DNA of 64,000 nt from Candidatus Cloacimonadales bacterium (GCA_963662585.1 OY759729.1:3104001-3168000), one strand, 5' to 3'. Shown: positions 9,995 to 20,444, counted from the stretch's first letter. Numbers and translations are program-made. Notes: a model not told the origin generated them from the sequence alone.

Positions 9995-10020
9995 TAGGGG
10001 TGGAAGATCTTTCACCCCTA
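9995..10020. terminator. Hairpin between convergent genes (bidirectional terminator / REP-like)
   Basis: TAGGGGTG-GAAGATCTTT-CACCCCTA. Confidence 0.6.
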
Positions 10021-10030
10021 TGATAATTCT

Positions 10031-11248
10031 CTATTTATGAGGAACAGGTTTTGAGCCTTCCCAAACTACACGCTGAAAGCTCAATGGATCAGTATTTCCT
10101 TCTGAATTTATGAGTAGTACTTTAGATTTATCATTCAAGCAAAGCTTATCTTTTAACTCTGATAACTTTGGATTCAACGAAATATGTTTAAGAGTAGCTA
10201 AGGTAACTGCTCCAGATTCACCACTGACAATAAAGGGATCACCTTTAAGTGGAACTGCATACATTCTCATTCCTTCAGCAGCTATGTAGTCTGGAACTGA
10301 CATAAACATATCAGCAGATTCTGCCAGAACATTCCATGCTATGGGACTCGGATCACCACAGGCTAACCCTGCCATAATAGTATTCAGGTTTCCTGCAAAA
10401 TTATGTGGGTTATTATCAGCAATTTTCATACTTTGATACAGGCATGCAGCTTCTTCAGGTTCAACCACAATACAGATTGGTGATTTGTTTCCTAATATAG
10501 CATGATAGTGTCCAATAATTGCAGCAGCTAAAGCTCCAACACCTGCTTGAACAAAAATGTGAGTAGGGTACAAAACACCTTGAGCAGAGAATTGTTCTTG
10601 AATCTCTGAAACTATAGTTGTATAGCCTTGCATAATCCAGGTAGGAATCTCCTCGTAGCCATCCCAAGAGGTATCTGAGATTACTTCCCAGCCATTTTTA
10701 CTTGCATCAATATTCACCTGTCTAACAGCATCATCATAATTCCCATCAACTACTTTTATGTTAGCTCCATAGCTTTTGATTGCTTCGATTCTGGGTTGCG
10801 ATGTATCTTTATGTACATATATAACTGATTTATGACCCAACTTATCTGCAGCCCAAGCAACGCCACGGCCATGATTACCATCAGTAGCTGTTGCAAAAGT
10901 GATAACTCCAGTCTTTGATCTAACCTTATCAGAGTTTATTTCTTCATAAGTAAGTTCATGATTCACGCCTAGACGCTTTTTAATAAAACGATAAATTGCA
11001 TAAGAACCACCTAATACCTTAAATGAATTTAGACTAAGTCTACAAGATTCATCTTTAACCCAAATACCTTTTACACCAATATATTTTGCCATCTTTCGTA
11101 AGCTTTTCAAGGGGGTCATTTCAAATCCTGGAATTCCGTCGTGAAAATCCCTAGCTAATATACTTACTTCAGGTGGAAATAGTTTCTTTGAATAATCATT
11201 TTGATTATAATTTTGATGAGTGTTCTTTACCCATTTTATTCTATCCAT
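10031..11248 (-). CDS. dpaL: Diaminopropionate ammonia-lyase (PLP fold II)
   Basis: SFKVLGGSYA (PLP Lys), TATDGNHGRGVAWAA, QAGVG, TIMAGLACG and GESGA motifs. Confidence 0.9.
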   Translation of the reverse strand: MDRIKWVKNTHQNYNQNDYSKKLFPPEVSILARDFHDGIPGFEMTPLKSLRKMAKYIGVKGIWVKDESCRLSLNSFKVLGGSYAIYRFIKKRLGVNHELTYEEINSDKVRSKTGVITFATATDGNHGRGVAWAADKLGHKSVIYVHKDTSQPRIEAIKSYGANIKVVDGNYDDAVRQVNIDASKNGWEVISDTSWDGYEEIPTWIMQGYTTIVSEIQEQFSAQGVLYPTHIFVQAGVGALAAAIIGHYHAILGNKSPICIVVEPEEAACLYQSMKIADNNPHNFAGNLNTIMAGLACGDPSPIAWNVLAESADMFMSVPDYIAAEGMRMYAVPLKGDPFIVSGESGAVTLATLKHISLNPKLSELKDKLCLNDKSKVLLINSEGNTDPLSFQRVVWEGSKPVPHK

Positions 11249-11557
11249 CTATATCTCCATTTCTTAATCTAAAGCTCTTTCTAAAAGACTATATGTGAAA
11301 ATTCTTCATATTTAGTACTTTCTATCTATTCTTTCTATTTCCTACCAATAAATATGTCTAGTTCAATATGTCAAACAAATTTATTCATTAAATATGATTT
11401 TTAAAATAAACTGTAAGTAGTAAATCTTCAATCGCCAAAAAACTATTACGAATAGATTTATAAAAACAAATATTTGACAGTATTTATTATTACAAATTAT
11501 TTGCTTTATAAGTTTGATTATGATAAAAATTACTTTAAGTGAGGGATAGGTGGGAAA

Positions 11558-11761
11558 ATGAATTATAAATTAGATATCATCGTCTGGGTTTTTATAATAA
11601 TAATATCATATAAAATTATTACAAATAAAGCTAAATTAATTTTTAGACTTATTGCTTTAATTTTAATAGCATTATCAGTATTATTTATGGGAGAGGTAAC
11701 TATTGTTCTAGTAGCATTATTGTCTAGAATAGTTCTGCATTTTCTTCCAAGAACAGAATAA
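11558..11761 (+). CDS. Small hydrophobic hypothetical protein
   Basis: 67-aa ORF with a purine-rich SD and 2-3 hydrophobic segments. No recognisable family. Confidence 0.4.
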   Translation: MNYKLDIIVWVFIIIISYKIITNKAKLIFRLIALILIALSVLFMGEVTIVLVALLSRIVLHFLPRTE

Positions 11762-11836
11762 TCTTAGTACAGTTGAAGAGTTTTCCAACTATCACATTAT
11801 ACTTAAACTCAAAGTTCCTTAAATATTGGAGATGAT

Positions 11837-12103
11837 ATGCAGTTAAAAAATCTCTATCCTGAAATTATAATTTATATAATGCCATTAATTGCTTTAATAA
11901 TTCTTATGGTTAATAGGAAGAAAGAGATCATAGTTAGATGTTTCGGTGCTATACGCATTACTTTTTCCATAACTTTGATGGTAAGTTTCTTGTATTGGGG
12001 CAGACTTCATGTAACTATTTCAATGTTAATGCTTTTTGCATCTTGGTCCTTGGCAATGGGCATAACTTTATTTATCTTATATAGAAGTAAAGAAAATCAT
12101 TAA
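11837..12103 (+). CDS. Small membrane hypothetical protein
   Basis: 88-aa ORF with SD GGAG and about 3 TM segments. Confidence 0.45.
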   Translation: MQLKNLYPEIIIYIMPLIALIILMVNRKKEIIVRCFGAIRITFSITLMVSFLYWGRLHVTISMLMLFASWSLAMGITLFILYRSKENH

Positions 12104-12352
12104 TATCATTAAATTTAATCAAAACTATTTATTTTTTGGTAATATATATTTTTCTTCTTATATTTTAAGAAATAAGGCTTATTTAGTCTAAGTATAATAG
12201 AAGTTGATGGCTCACGAGGCATGTTCGTTAATATAATTATTTAGAGATATAACTGGAAAGTTTGACTAAACCCAGATAAAAATATTATCCCATGTTTTAT
12301 AAAATTAAATATTAACTATCTGTTAGGGAAAAATTTAAAATATGGAGGAAAA

Positions 12353-13729
12353 ATGAGGAAGATAATATTATCACTTCTTCTAACTTGCTTCTTTATCACT
12401 TTGGGTGCTCAAGAGTGGAATTTGGATTTTGATGAAGCTATTAAGAAAGCAAAAGAGCAAGATAAAAATATGTTACTTGTTTTTCAGGGTTCCGACTGGT
12501 GTGTCCCTTGTATGAAATTAGAGAAAAATATCTGGGAATCTGATGAATTTATTAAATATTCTCAGGAAAATCTAGTCTTATTAAAAGCAGACTTTCCTCG
12601 GAAAAAAAGCAATAAATTATCTCAAGCTCAAATGGATAAAAATGAAATTTTATTTGAAAAATATAATACCCCTGGAAGCTTTCCTTTTGTTATTGTCTTT
12701 GATAATAGTGGTAAGATTCTAGGAACAACAGGCTATAAGGATGTTACACCTCAAGAGTATATAGCCCACTTAAATACCTTTATTCCTCAAAAAGAAAAAA
12801 CTCAAAAAGTTTTTAAGAGAGAACTAAAACTAATGGGTTCTAGATTTGATATTACTGTTACTGAGGAGTCTGCTGAGAAAGCAGATATTTATATTGATAT
12901 GGCTGTTGCTGAAATTTCGAGAATAGAAAAACTTATTTCTTCTTGGGATAAAAGCTCACAAACATCCCAGATTAATATGAATGCAGGGATTAAAGCTGTG
13001 AAAGTAGATAAAGAACTTTTTGATTTAATCAAACGCTCATTAGCGATTTCTAAGCTTACTAATGGTGCTTTTGATATCAGCTATGCTTCCATGGATAACA
13101 TTTGGAAGTATGATGGATCTATGAAAGAAATCCCTAGTGCTGAAGCTATTAAAGCTTCAATAGCAAAAGTTGGCTATGAGAATATTATTTTGGATGAAGC
13201 AGAAGAGACTGTATATTTAAAACTAAAAGGAATGAAAATTGGTTTTGGAGGTATAGGTAAAGGTTATGCTGCCGATAAGGCTAAGAGTCTTCTAATATCG
13301 AAAGGAGTAAAGGCTGGTATTATTAATGCTTCAGGTGATATGAATACTTGGGGAAAGCAAGCCAATGGGGAAGAGTGGCAAGTTGCTATTACAAATCCCT
13401 TAAATAAAGAAAAAGGTTATGGACTTCTACCTATAACAGATGGTGCTGTTGTAACATCAGGGGATTATGAAAAATTTGTTATTATTGATGGTAAAAAGTA
13501 CTCCCATATTATCGATCCAAGAACTGGTTATCCTGCTAGTGGAATTATAAGTGCAACAGTATTCGCACCTTCTGCAGAGTTTGCTGATGCTTTAGCAACT
13601 TCTATAATCGTAATGGGTACTGAAGTGGGCTTAGATAGAGTAAATCAACTCCCGAATGTAGAATGTATATTAATTGATGAGAGTGGAAATATTCATAAAT
13701 CAAATAATATAAGGATAAATGAAAAATGA
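12353..13729 (+). CDS. apbE: Thioredoxin-like domain fused to FAD:protein FMN transferase ApbE
   Basis: Signal peptide, then FQGSDWCVPC thioredoxin-like domain, then ApbE motifs LMGS, GAFDIS, GFGGIGKGYAAD, VTSGDYE, HIIDPRTG and ADALAT. Confidence 0.9.
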   Translation: MRKIILSLLLTCFFITLGAQEWNLDFDEAIKKAKEQDKNMLLVFQGSDWCVPCMKLEKNIWESDEFIKYSQENLVLLKADFPRKKSNKLSQAQMDKNEILFEKYNTPGSFPFVIVFDNSGKILGTTGYKDVTPQEYIAHLNTFIPQKEKTQKVFKRELKLMGSRFDITVTEESAEKADIYIDMAVAEISRIEKLISSWDKSSQTSQINMNAGIKAVKVDKELFDLIKRSLAISKLTNGAFDISYASMDNIWKYDGSMKEIPSAEAIKASIAKVGYENIILDEAEETVYLKLKGMKIGFGGIGKGYAADKAKSLLISKGVKAGIINASGDMNTWGKQANGEEWQVAITNPLNKEKGYGLLPITDGAVVTSGDYEKFVIIDGKKYSHIIDPRTGYPASGIISATVFAPSAEFADALATSIIVMGTEVGLDRVNQLPNVECILIDESGNIHKSNNIRINEK

Positions 13730-13950
13730 AAAATAAAATACTAAGTTTAGTTCTAGTCTCAATTTTTATTTTACTCCTTTTATCTTCTTGCACTGCTGTT
13801 AAAAGCTATCAAAAGATAAATCTTAGTGATCCTGATATGGAATTGTCAGAAAGACATGCCAAGAAGTTTGAAACTGCTGCACAAGTTTACCGCGAAGGGG
13901 CTTCAGGAGCTAATGGTGGAAAATCAGGAGGTGGCTGTGGATGTAACTAA
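13726..13950 (+). CDS. DUF4266 small lipoprotein
   Basis: Lipobox LSSC and C-terminal YREGASG...GGGCGCN. ATGA overlap with apbE. Confidence 0.88.
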   Translation: MKNKILSLVLVSIFILLLLSSCTAVKSYQKINLSDPDMELSERHAKKFETAAQVYREGASGANGGKSGGGCGCN

Positions 13951-15415
13951 AAGAATTCTTCTAACCATTGCACTTCTAGCTATTATAGCTTTGGGATTTG
14001 CCCAAGGTAACGCTTCGGACAAGACTAGCTCTGTCTATAAGAAAAGAGTTTTAGAAAACATCGAAATTGATATTTTAAGCTCTTATTATACTCAAGATGG
14101 CGATAACGCTGCAGTTACCGGGGGAATAGGTACAGAGAAATTAGATGATACTGCTTTTAATATTAGTATAGCAATTCCCTTAAGTGATGATGATGTTCTC
14201 TCTATTGATGGAACTGTTTCAGCTTATACATCTGCTTCTTCTAGTAATTTGAATCCTTTCTCAGGTGCATCTTCAGGAGAAGATGATGACGATAAAGATG
14301 GTGATGACGACGATGACGATGATGACTATAGTACTTCAGCTACTAGGGGAAGTCCTTGGGTAGAATCTTCAGGAGCCTCTAGAGAAGATGTATGGGTGAG
14401 TGGTAATCTTGCTTATAGTCATACTTCAGATGATAGAAATAATATTTGGGGTGCTAATGTAAATTTTGCTAATGAATATGATTATTCTTCCTTGGGATTT
14501 GGAGCAAGTTTTGCTAAACTATTTAATGAACAAAATACTGAGCTTGGTATAAAAGGAAATGTCTATTTAGATACTTGGAGACCAGAATATCCCACTGAAA
14601 TAGCTGAATATGTTCACTACAATGGGAATTTCTCAGCAGGTTTCTTCCAAGATGTTGATATCCTAGACAGCAATGGGATTGTTGTTAGTGGGGCTGATGG
14701 TTGGAAACCTATATCTAATACTTTAATCAAGGATAAAGCTAGAGACTCTTACTCATTATCATTAAGTCTTTCTCAAATGCTAAGTATGAATGCTCAAGTA
14801 TCTCTGTTTGTAGATCTTGTAATGCAAAAAGGTTGGTTAGCTAACCCAATGCAAAGAGTATATTTTCAAGACAAAGATAACTTTTTTATAGGTAACGCTG
14901 CTGATATTCCTAACTATACGACTACTTCTAATAGGGAAGTTTTTCAGTTAGCAGATGATATTGAAAGATTACCTGATAATAGATTAAAAACACCTATGGG
15001 AATGCGTTTTAACTACTTTGTTAATGAATTCGTGGTGTTAAGGAATTACTATAGATATTACACCGACGATTGGGGAATAGATTCTCATACTGCAGACATA
15101 GAAGTCCCTATAAAGATAAGTCAAAGTTTCACTGTCTATCCATCATTCAGATATTATACCCAGACTCAAGCTGAATATTTTGCTGATTATGAAGAACATT
15201 TATCAACAGAAGAATTTTATACTTCTGATTATGATCTGTCAAAGTTTAACTCTTCCCAGTTTGGCTTGGGGATTCAATATAATGATCTATTTTCAAAAAC
15301 TAATTTCTGGATGCTTGGTTTGAAAAACATCAATCTGAATTACAGTTACAGTAAAAGAAATACTGGTTTAGAATATCATATAGTCTCTTTAGGAACAAAA
15401 TTTATGATTAAGTAA
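13937..15415 (+). CDS. DUF3570 outer-membrane beta-barrel protein
   Basis: YYTQDG...VTGGIGTEKL, NEYDYSS, ERLPDNR, YRYYTDDWGI and TSDYDLS motifs. Likely GTG start at 13937 after AGGAG (track start 13826). Confidence 0.85.
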   Translation: MDVTKRILLTIALLAIIALGFAQGNASDKTSSVYKKRVLENIEIDILSSYYTQDGDNAAVTGGIGTEKLDDTAFNISIAIPLSDDDVLSIDGTVSAYTSASSSNLNPFSGASSGEDDDDKDGDDDDDDDDYSTSATRGSPWVESSGASREDVWVSGNLAYSHTSDDRNNIWGANVNFANEYDYSSLGFGASFAKLFNEQNTELGIKGNVYLDTWRPEYPTEIAEYVHYNGNFSAGFFQDVDILDSNGIVVSGADGWKPISNTLIKDKARDSYSLSLSLSQMLSMNAQVSLFVDLVMQKGWLANPMQRVYFQDKDNFFIGNAADIPNYTTTSNREVFQLADDIERLPDNRLKTPMGMRFNYFVNEFVVLRNYYRYYTDDWGIDSHTADIEVPIKISQSFTVYPSFRYYTQTQAEYFADYEEHLSTEEFYTSDYDLSKFNSSQFGLGIQYNDLFSKTNFWMLGLKNINLNYSYSKRNTGLEYHIVSLGTKFMIK

Positions 15416-15458
15416 ATCTTAAGATTGTAGGCTTAGCTTACCGAACTTTAGACATTTA

Positions 15459-15499
15459 GCACAGACTTGTAGGTCAATGAATCATCTGCAAGTCTGTGT
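15459..15499 (+). terminator. Hairpin after the DUF3570 gene
   Basis: GCACAGACTTGTAGGT / ATCTGCAAGTCTGTGT arms. Confidence 0.5.
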
Positions 15500-15617
15500 T
15501 TAATAACCTAGTCATTCTAGAATAATCTCTACGAACAATAATCCGATTGAAGATATATATATATAATTAATCTAAAATCAAAACAATGAATTAAATTTAT
15601 TAACCATGGGAGTAATA

Positions 15618-16244
15618 ATGAAAGTAATAGCAATTAATGGAAGTCCTAGAGCAAATGGTAATACGAACCATGCAATTAAAGAAGTATTTAAAGAATTAGA
15701 AAAAGAGAATATTGAAACAGAAATTATCCATATAGGAAAAGAAAAGATTAGTGGATGTATGGGTTGTGGAAAGTGCTATAAAACAAAAGATGATAAGTGT
15801 ATAATTCAAGATGATAAGTTGAATTTATGGATAGAGAAATTAAAAGAAGCTGATGGAATTATCTTTGGTTCTCCTGTGTTTTATGCTGGGATGAATGGAA
15901 CAATGAAATCCTTTATGGACCGACTATTCTATGTTGCTGGAGCAAATGGGATTTTTAGACATAAAGTTGGTGCCGCTGTCGTAGCTGTGAGAAGATCAGG
16001 AGGGATTCCTACTTTCAATCAATTGAATATTTACATGACTTATTCCGAGATGGTACTTGCCAGCTCTAACTATTGGAATGTTATTCATGGTACCATGCCT
16101 AAAGATGCAGAACAAGACGCAGAAGGGAATCAGATTATGCAAGTATTAGGTCAGAATATGGCTTGGCTTCTTAAAACTATAGCTGAATCTAAGGTTGAAA
16201 AACCTGCAAAAGTTAAGAAAGTAATGACTAATTTTATTAGATAG
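15618..16244 (+). CDS. Iron-sulfur flavoprotein / NADPH-dependent FMN reductase family
   Basis: INGSPRANGNT, CxxCxxC-x7-C, GSPVF and RRSGG motifs. Start ATG 15618 after GGGAG. Confidence 0.88.
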   Translation: MKVIAINGSPRANGNTNHAIKEVFKELEKENIETEIIHIGKEKISGCMGCGKCYKTKDDKCIIQDDKLNLWIEKLKEADGIIFGSPVFYAGMNGTMKSFMDRLFYVAGANGIFRHKVGAAVVAVRRSGGIPTFNQLNIYMTYSEMVLASSNYWNVIHGTMPKDAEQDAEGNQIMQVLGQNMAWLLKTIAESKVEKPAKVKKVMTNFIR

Positions 16245-16269
16245 GGGAGATGGCTTAATTATTTTATTA

Positions 16270-16308
16270 ATACTGAGCAGGAATCTAAATATAGATCTTG
16301 CTCAGTAT
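16270..16308 (+). terminator. Hairpin after the flavoprotein gene
   Basis: ATACTGAGCAGGA / TCTTGCTCAGTAT arms. Confidence 0.55.
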
Positions 16309-16895
16309 AAAAGCTTAATAAGAGATCTGGATTGGGATATAAATCAAAAAGAAGACACATGCAAGAGTTAAAATACTACTTAAAAATAGTTTCTTGTAAT
16401 TAACATGATTATTTTGAAATGCTCTTATGGTATGGTATTATGCAAGTTATAACTAAGCAACATACTACTTAAGGATGTCGTAATTCCTGCCAGTATTTAA
16501 GAAGCTATTTCCTACTTTAATTTTCTTCTGAAAGGAAAATAATCATCATGTAAATTATAATAATGATATCAAAGTTAGGTGCAAAATTAACTTAGCTTTT
16601 TGATTCTTATAGATTATAGTATTACTAAAGCGAAATTTATTATTATTAAATAGAAAAATCTCGTGTGATTACCCTATTAATTTTATTATAATATTTAGAT
16701 ATTGTAAATGAAGTATTTATTAAAGATATATAATTTCTTGAAATTTCACTTTACAAAAAAAATAAGGAAATTATTTTGAATATATATGGTTTTGATTATG
16801 TTTTAGCTTAGCGAAACAATAGGATGTGAAGGTTAATAAAAAAAATTGCTTCTATATAAGAATTATGAATTTTTATTTAAAAGTATTGGAGTATT

Positions 16896-18854
16896 GTGGA
16901 GAAGAATTATTTTATTGAGGAATTAAATAACTATTTGAAAGCTAGAGATAAAGATAATTTTCTTAAGAGATATGATGAGATAATTAAAGATATATCATCT
17001 ACTAGTGAAGAGTATCTAGACTTGAAATTGGTGAGAATAACTTATGAGTTTTTGTTTGTAGGTGATTTTGAAAAACTGTATGCTGATATCAAACAGCTTG
17101 AGCCATTAATATTTGCCAATGCTTCTGACATAAAAAAGATCAAATTATTAGTTAATAAGGGAATTGTTTTAGGTAGATTAAAAAGATTTGACGAAGCTAT
17201 TACTGTCTATAATAGATCTTTAGAGTATTGCGGAAATGACGATATGGTCATTTATAAGATTGATATCTTAACTAATATGGGAGTAATATTTTTTAGAAAA
17301 AATGAGCGTAACAAATCCTTAAAATATTACCTTAAAGCTTATGATTTGAATAAAAAGTTCAACTGTCAAATTAAGTTAACAACAATTTTAGTGAATATTG
17401 GTGTAATTTATCTAAACTTAGCAGAATATAATAAAGCGATTTATTATTTTGAATTATGTCTGAAAACAATTCCAAGCTCTCGAGAATACACTAAATTATC
17501 AATTTACTTCAATTTGATAATATCTTATTCATTTATTGGAGATTATGAAAGTTCGTATAAAATGATAGAGCTGAGTCAAGCTCTTAGCAGTAATTTTAGT
17601 CAGAATGATGAACTCTCATTTCATAAAGCATTAGCTATTTATTATTCTAATAAAAAAGAACTAACAAATGCAATTGAAGAATACACTTTTGTTTTAAGCA
17701 GATTAAAAGGCATTGTTCATGCTAAAGAAAGAGTAATTTATAAGACTGAGATAGGCAAAATCTACTTAGAAATGCAGGAATATAATGAATGTAGTAAGAT
17801 AATTGAATCGATTGATAGTGATGCCCAATTGGAAGTGTTTGCTCTTGATAACAGTGATTTCTTATCCCTAAAAGTTTCATACTATACATATATAAAAGAT
17901 TTTGAAAAAGCACTTAAATGTTCTCAATTAATAAATGAAATCAAGACTAAGGAACATACAGCGTTAGAGAAGCAATTTAACGAAGATTTAACACTTTCTA
18001 TTGTTACTCAGTGTAATGATATCAGTCTTGATGCCTATGATGAAAAGATTAGAGAACTTGAAGATATTAACAAAGAACTGATTGAAAAAGAGACTCTTCT
18101 AGTTGAATCATTAAATGAATTAAGAAATGAATCTAAATTAAGAGAAAAATTAATATCGATTATAAGTCATGATTTAAGAGCTCCTATAGGTAATATCATT
18201 CTCTTGTTAGAAATGCTTGAAGATTTTGAAGATGAGAATGAGAAAATAGAAATCATTAATGAAGTTGTTTATGGTATGAAACAAACTTATACCTTAACTA
18301 ATGAACTGGTTTCTTGGGCAAAAGATATACTTGAAGCTAAGCAATCCAGTCTATTTTTTCTCAATGTAAAAGAAATTGTTGCAGATATTGAAATGCTTTA
18401 TAAACAACAACTTCAAGCAAAACATATTGTGATTATTAATAACCTAAGTGATGATAAAGTTATTTTTTCCCATAAGACATCAATTAAGACTTGTTTTAGG
18501 AATATTATTCAGAATGCCATTAAATATTCTGAGCCTTATTCTAGAATAGAGGTTAATCAAGAAGAAAATCTAGACAGTATAACTTACTCTATCCAGGATT
18601 TTGGTAAAGGAATTTCGCCTGAAGGAATTAAAGACCTTTTCCATGTTAGTAAAATCCCAACGCTTGGCACGAAGCAGGAGTCCGGAATTGGAATCGGTTT
18701 ACTTTTAGTTAAAGAATTGATAGCTCAGAATAATGGTCAAATTAAATGTGATTCAGCCTTGGGTAAAGGTACTACTTTCTTCTTATCTTTCCCTAAAGAT
18801 CCTAATGACAAGTTAAATCCTCTAGAAACTAGTAAGGACAAGGCTAAGATATAG
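16896..18854 (+). CDS. TPR-repeat sensor histidine kinase (soluble, orphan)
   Basis: N-terminal TPR-like repeats (NKGIVL..., NMGVIF..., NIGVIY...), H-box SHDLRAP, N-box NIIQNAIKYS, DFGKGI and GIGIGL. Confidence 0.88.
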   Translation: MEKNYFIEELNNYLKARDKDNFLKRYDEIIKDISSTSEEYLDLKLVRITYEFLFVGDFEKLYADIKQLEPLIFANASDIKKIKLLVNKGIVLGRLKRFDEAITVYNRSLEYCGNDDMVIYKIDILTNMGVIFFRKNERNKSLKYYLKAYDLNKKFNCQIKLTTILVNIGVIYLNLAEYNKAIYYFELCLKTIPSSREYTKLSIYFNLIISYSFIGDYESSYKMIELSQALSSNFSQNDELSFHKALAIYYSNKKELTNAIEEYTFVLSRLKGIVHAKERVIYKTEIGKIYLEMQEYNECSKIIESIDSDAQLEVFALDNSDFLSLKVSYYTYIKDFEKALKCSQLINEIKTKEHTALEKQFNEDLTLSIVTQCNDISLDAYDEKIRELEDINKELIEKETLLVESLNELRNESKLREKLISIISHDLRAPIGNIILLLEMLEDFEDENEKIEIINEVVYGMKQTYTLTNELVSWAKDILEAKQSSLFFLNVKEIVADIEMLYKQQLQAKHIVIINNLSDDKVIFSHKTSIKTCFRNIIQNAIKYSEPYSRIEVNQEENLDSITYSIQDFGKGISPEGIKDLFHVSKIPTLGTKQESGIGIGLLLVKELIAQNNGQIKCDSALGKGTTFFLSFPKDPNDKLNPLETSKDKAKI

Positions 18855-18946
18855 AAAGATATTTTGTATAAAAATACAAGAGTAAGCTAGAATGTCCATT
18901 CCTAAAGAATTTGACCGATTTTTGGCAATTATCATTTTCTTATCCC

Positions 18947-19041
18947 TTGTCCGCTAACACGGTCAGGCACTTTCGGGGATGGGCTCTTAGAGTGTCTTGC
19001 TAACACTCCCTATTAGATGCCATCCCGCTGGGATTTAAGAG
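18947..19041 (-). repeat. Decayed REP-like element related to the Y1-transposase flanks
   Basis: Minus strand CTCTTAAATCCC-AGC-GGGAT-N9-TAG-hairpin-TAAGA, sharing its first 12 nt with the IR at 37129-37140. It aligns with 30142-30230. Confidence 0.65.
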
Positions 19042-19233
19042 ATCTGGTCACATTCTTAGAACTTTTCTTAAAAACTCTGTGAAACTCCTCTCAAAACTCC
19101 TCTTTACTCTCTGTTAAGGTTCTTTTCTAAATTCGCTTGGCTTGGCCTAGCTTATGCTAAGACTCCTGGAGATTTGATTTAATTCGCGTTAATTCGTGTG
19201 AAAGTTTCTATTTCAAATCTCTCAAGCTAGCAA

Positions 19234-20091
19234 CTACCAACCTCGAGATTTTTTCATTTGGTCTCTGTTAAATTTCTCTTGCTGTTCCTTCCATCTTCGG
19301 TCATCATCTCTTCTTCTCTTCTCATTTGCATTAGATTTTTTAAGGGCTTTGTCATAGTCATCATCGCTAGCATAAGAAGAACCTGTTCTTGGAGCATTCA
19401 TTCCTTTGAGCATAGAGACTAAAACTGAAATTCCAACAAAAGCAACAATGATAACTCCCAAAACAATACCAACACCAATTATGAAATAAGTTATAGCCAA
19501 AGTAACAAAGAAAACTAATATGCTAGCAATAATTCCATGCAGAATTTGATAAATAATGGTATATAAAGCTACTAATTTAAAAACGAAGATTTCTCTAAGG
19601 ATAGCCCAAACTGCTCCTATACTTAATAATACCAATCCGCTCCATAATGTCCAGATAACCCAATGCTGGCCGTAAGGAATTTGCAGTAGATTAATATTAG
19701 AGAAGAAAGCAATCAAGTAATCATACCAGAATGTAAAAATGATTGTGATAATGAAGCTATATCCTAACCAGAAGAGGTAATATCTGCCCTCTTTAGCTAC
19801 AAAATCTCCTTGAGTATCTTTATTAAAAAGTTCCTGAAAGCTACCATTTACAACAATAAAGACAATCCACAGTACTATTGCACTTAATAATCCTACCCAA
19901 AAGCGCCAGTGTTTCCAACTAACGAAATTCTTTAAGTATTCGAAAAATTGTGGTACATTATGCACTTCCTTGATTTGTGAAAAAGTAGATAATTCGGTTT
20001 GAATAGTAAATATTTGCCGGATGCTTTCCAATTCAGCAAATAAGGATAAGCTTATCATCAATAAAATAGTAATTAGCATGATTTTTTTCAT
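19234..20091 (-). CDS. Hypothetical multi-pass membrane protein
   Basis: 285 aa with a signal peptide, about 5 TM segments and a highly charged C-terminal tail. Confidence 0.7.
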   Translation of the reverse strand: MKKIMLITILLMISLSLFAELESIRQIFTIQTELSTFSQIKEVHNVPQFFEYLKNFVSWKHWRFWVGLLSAIVLWIVFIVVNGSFQELFNKDTQGDFVAKEGRYYLFWLGYSFIITIIFTFWYDYLIAFFSNINLLQIPYGQHWVIWTLWSGLVLLSIGAVWAILREIFVFKLVALYTIIYQILHGIIASILVFFVTLAITYFIIGVGIVLGVIIVAFVGISVLVSMLKGMNAPRTGSSYASDDDYDKALKKSNANEKRRRDDDRRWKEQQEKFNRDQMKKSRGW

Positions 20092-20414
20092 TTAAGATTC
20101 CTTTGTTATAAGTAGAATTTGAATTTAAATAACTTAGCATAGTGTCTTAATTTAAAAAAAATACATAAAAAATGTTTGTCAAGTGAAAATATAGGGTGTT
20201 GATCCAGTTATAAAGTTAAATCAAGCAAATGGGGCAGTACTTTAACAGAATAATGTTAGAATAATCGTGAAGTTCTATAGTATTATTCTGTTTTAATCAT
20301 TTCGCTATAATCCCCTTCCTACCCTTTGGTCTTACAATGCTCCTTAACTCTTGTTTAAAATAAAAGTCGAAAAATAATAGTGATGAGTGAGAAGGAGGAA
20401 AGGAGAATAATATA

Positions 20415-20439
20415 AAGAAAAAGCCGTCTTAAGACGGCT
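20415..20439 (-). terminator. Intrinsic terminator after tRNA-Gly(CCC)
   Basis: AGCCGTCTTAAGACGGCT followed by TTTTCTT on the minus strand. Confidence 0.8.
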
Positions 20440-20444
20440 AAATA

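Noticed and set aside
12181..12199. ATTTAGTCTAAGTATAATA as a Fur-type box upstream of apbE
   Set aside because: Only a loose palindrome in very AT-rich DNA, not distinguishable from chance.
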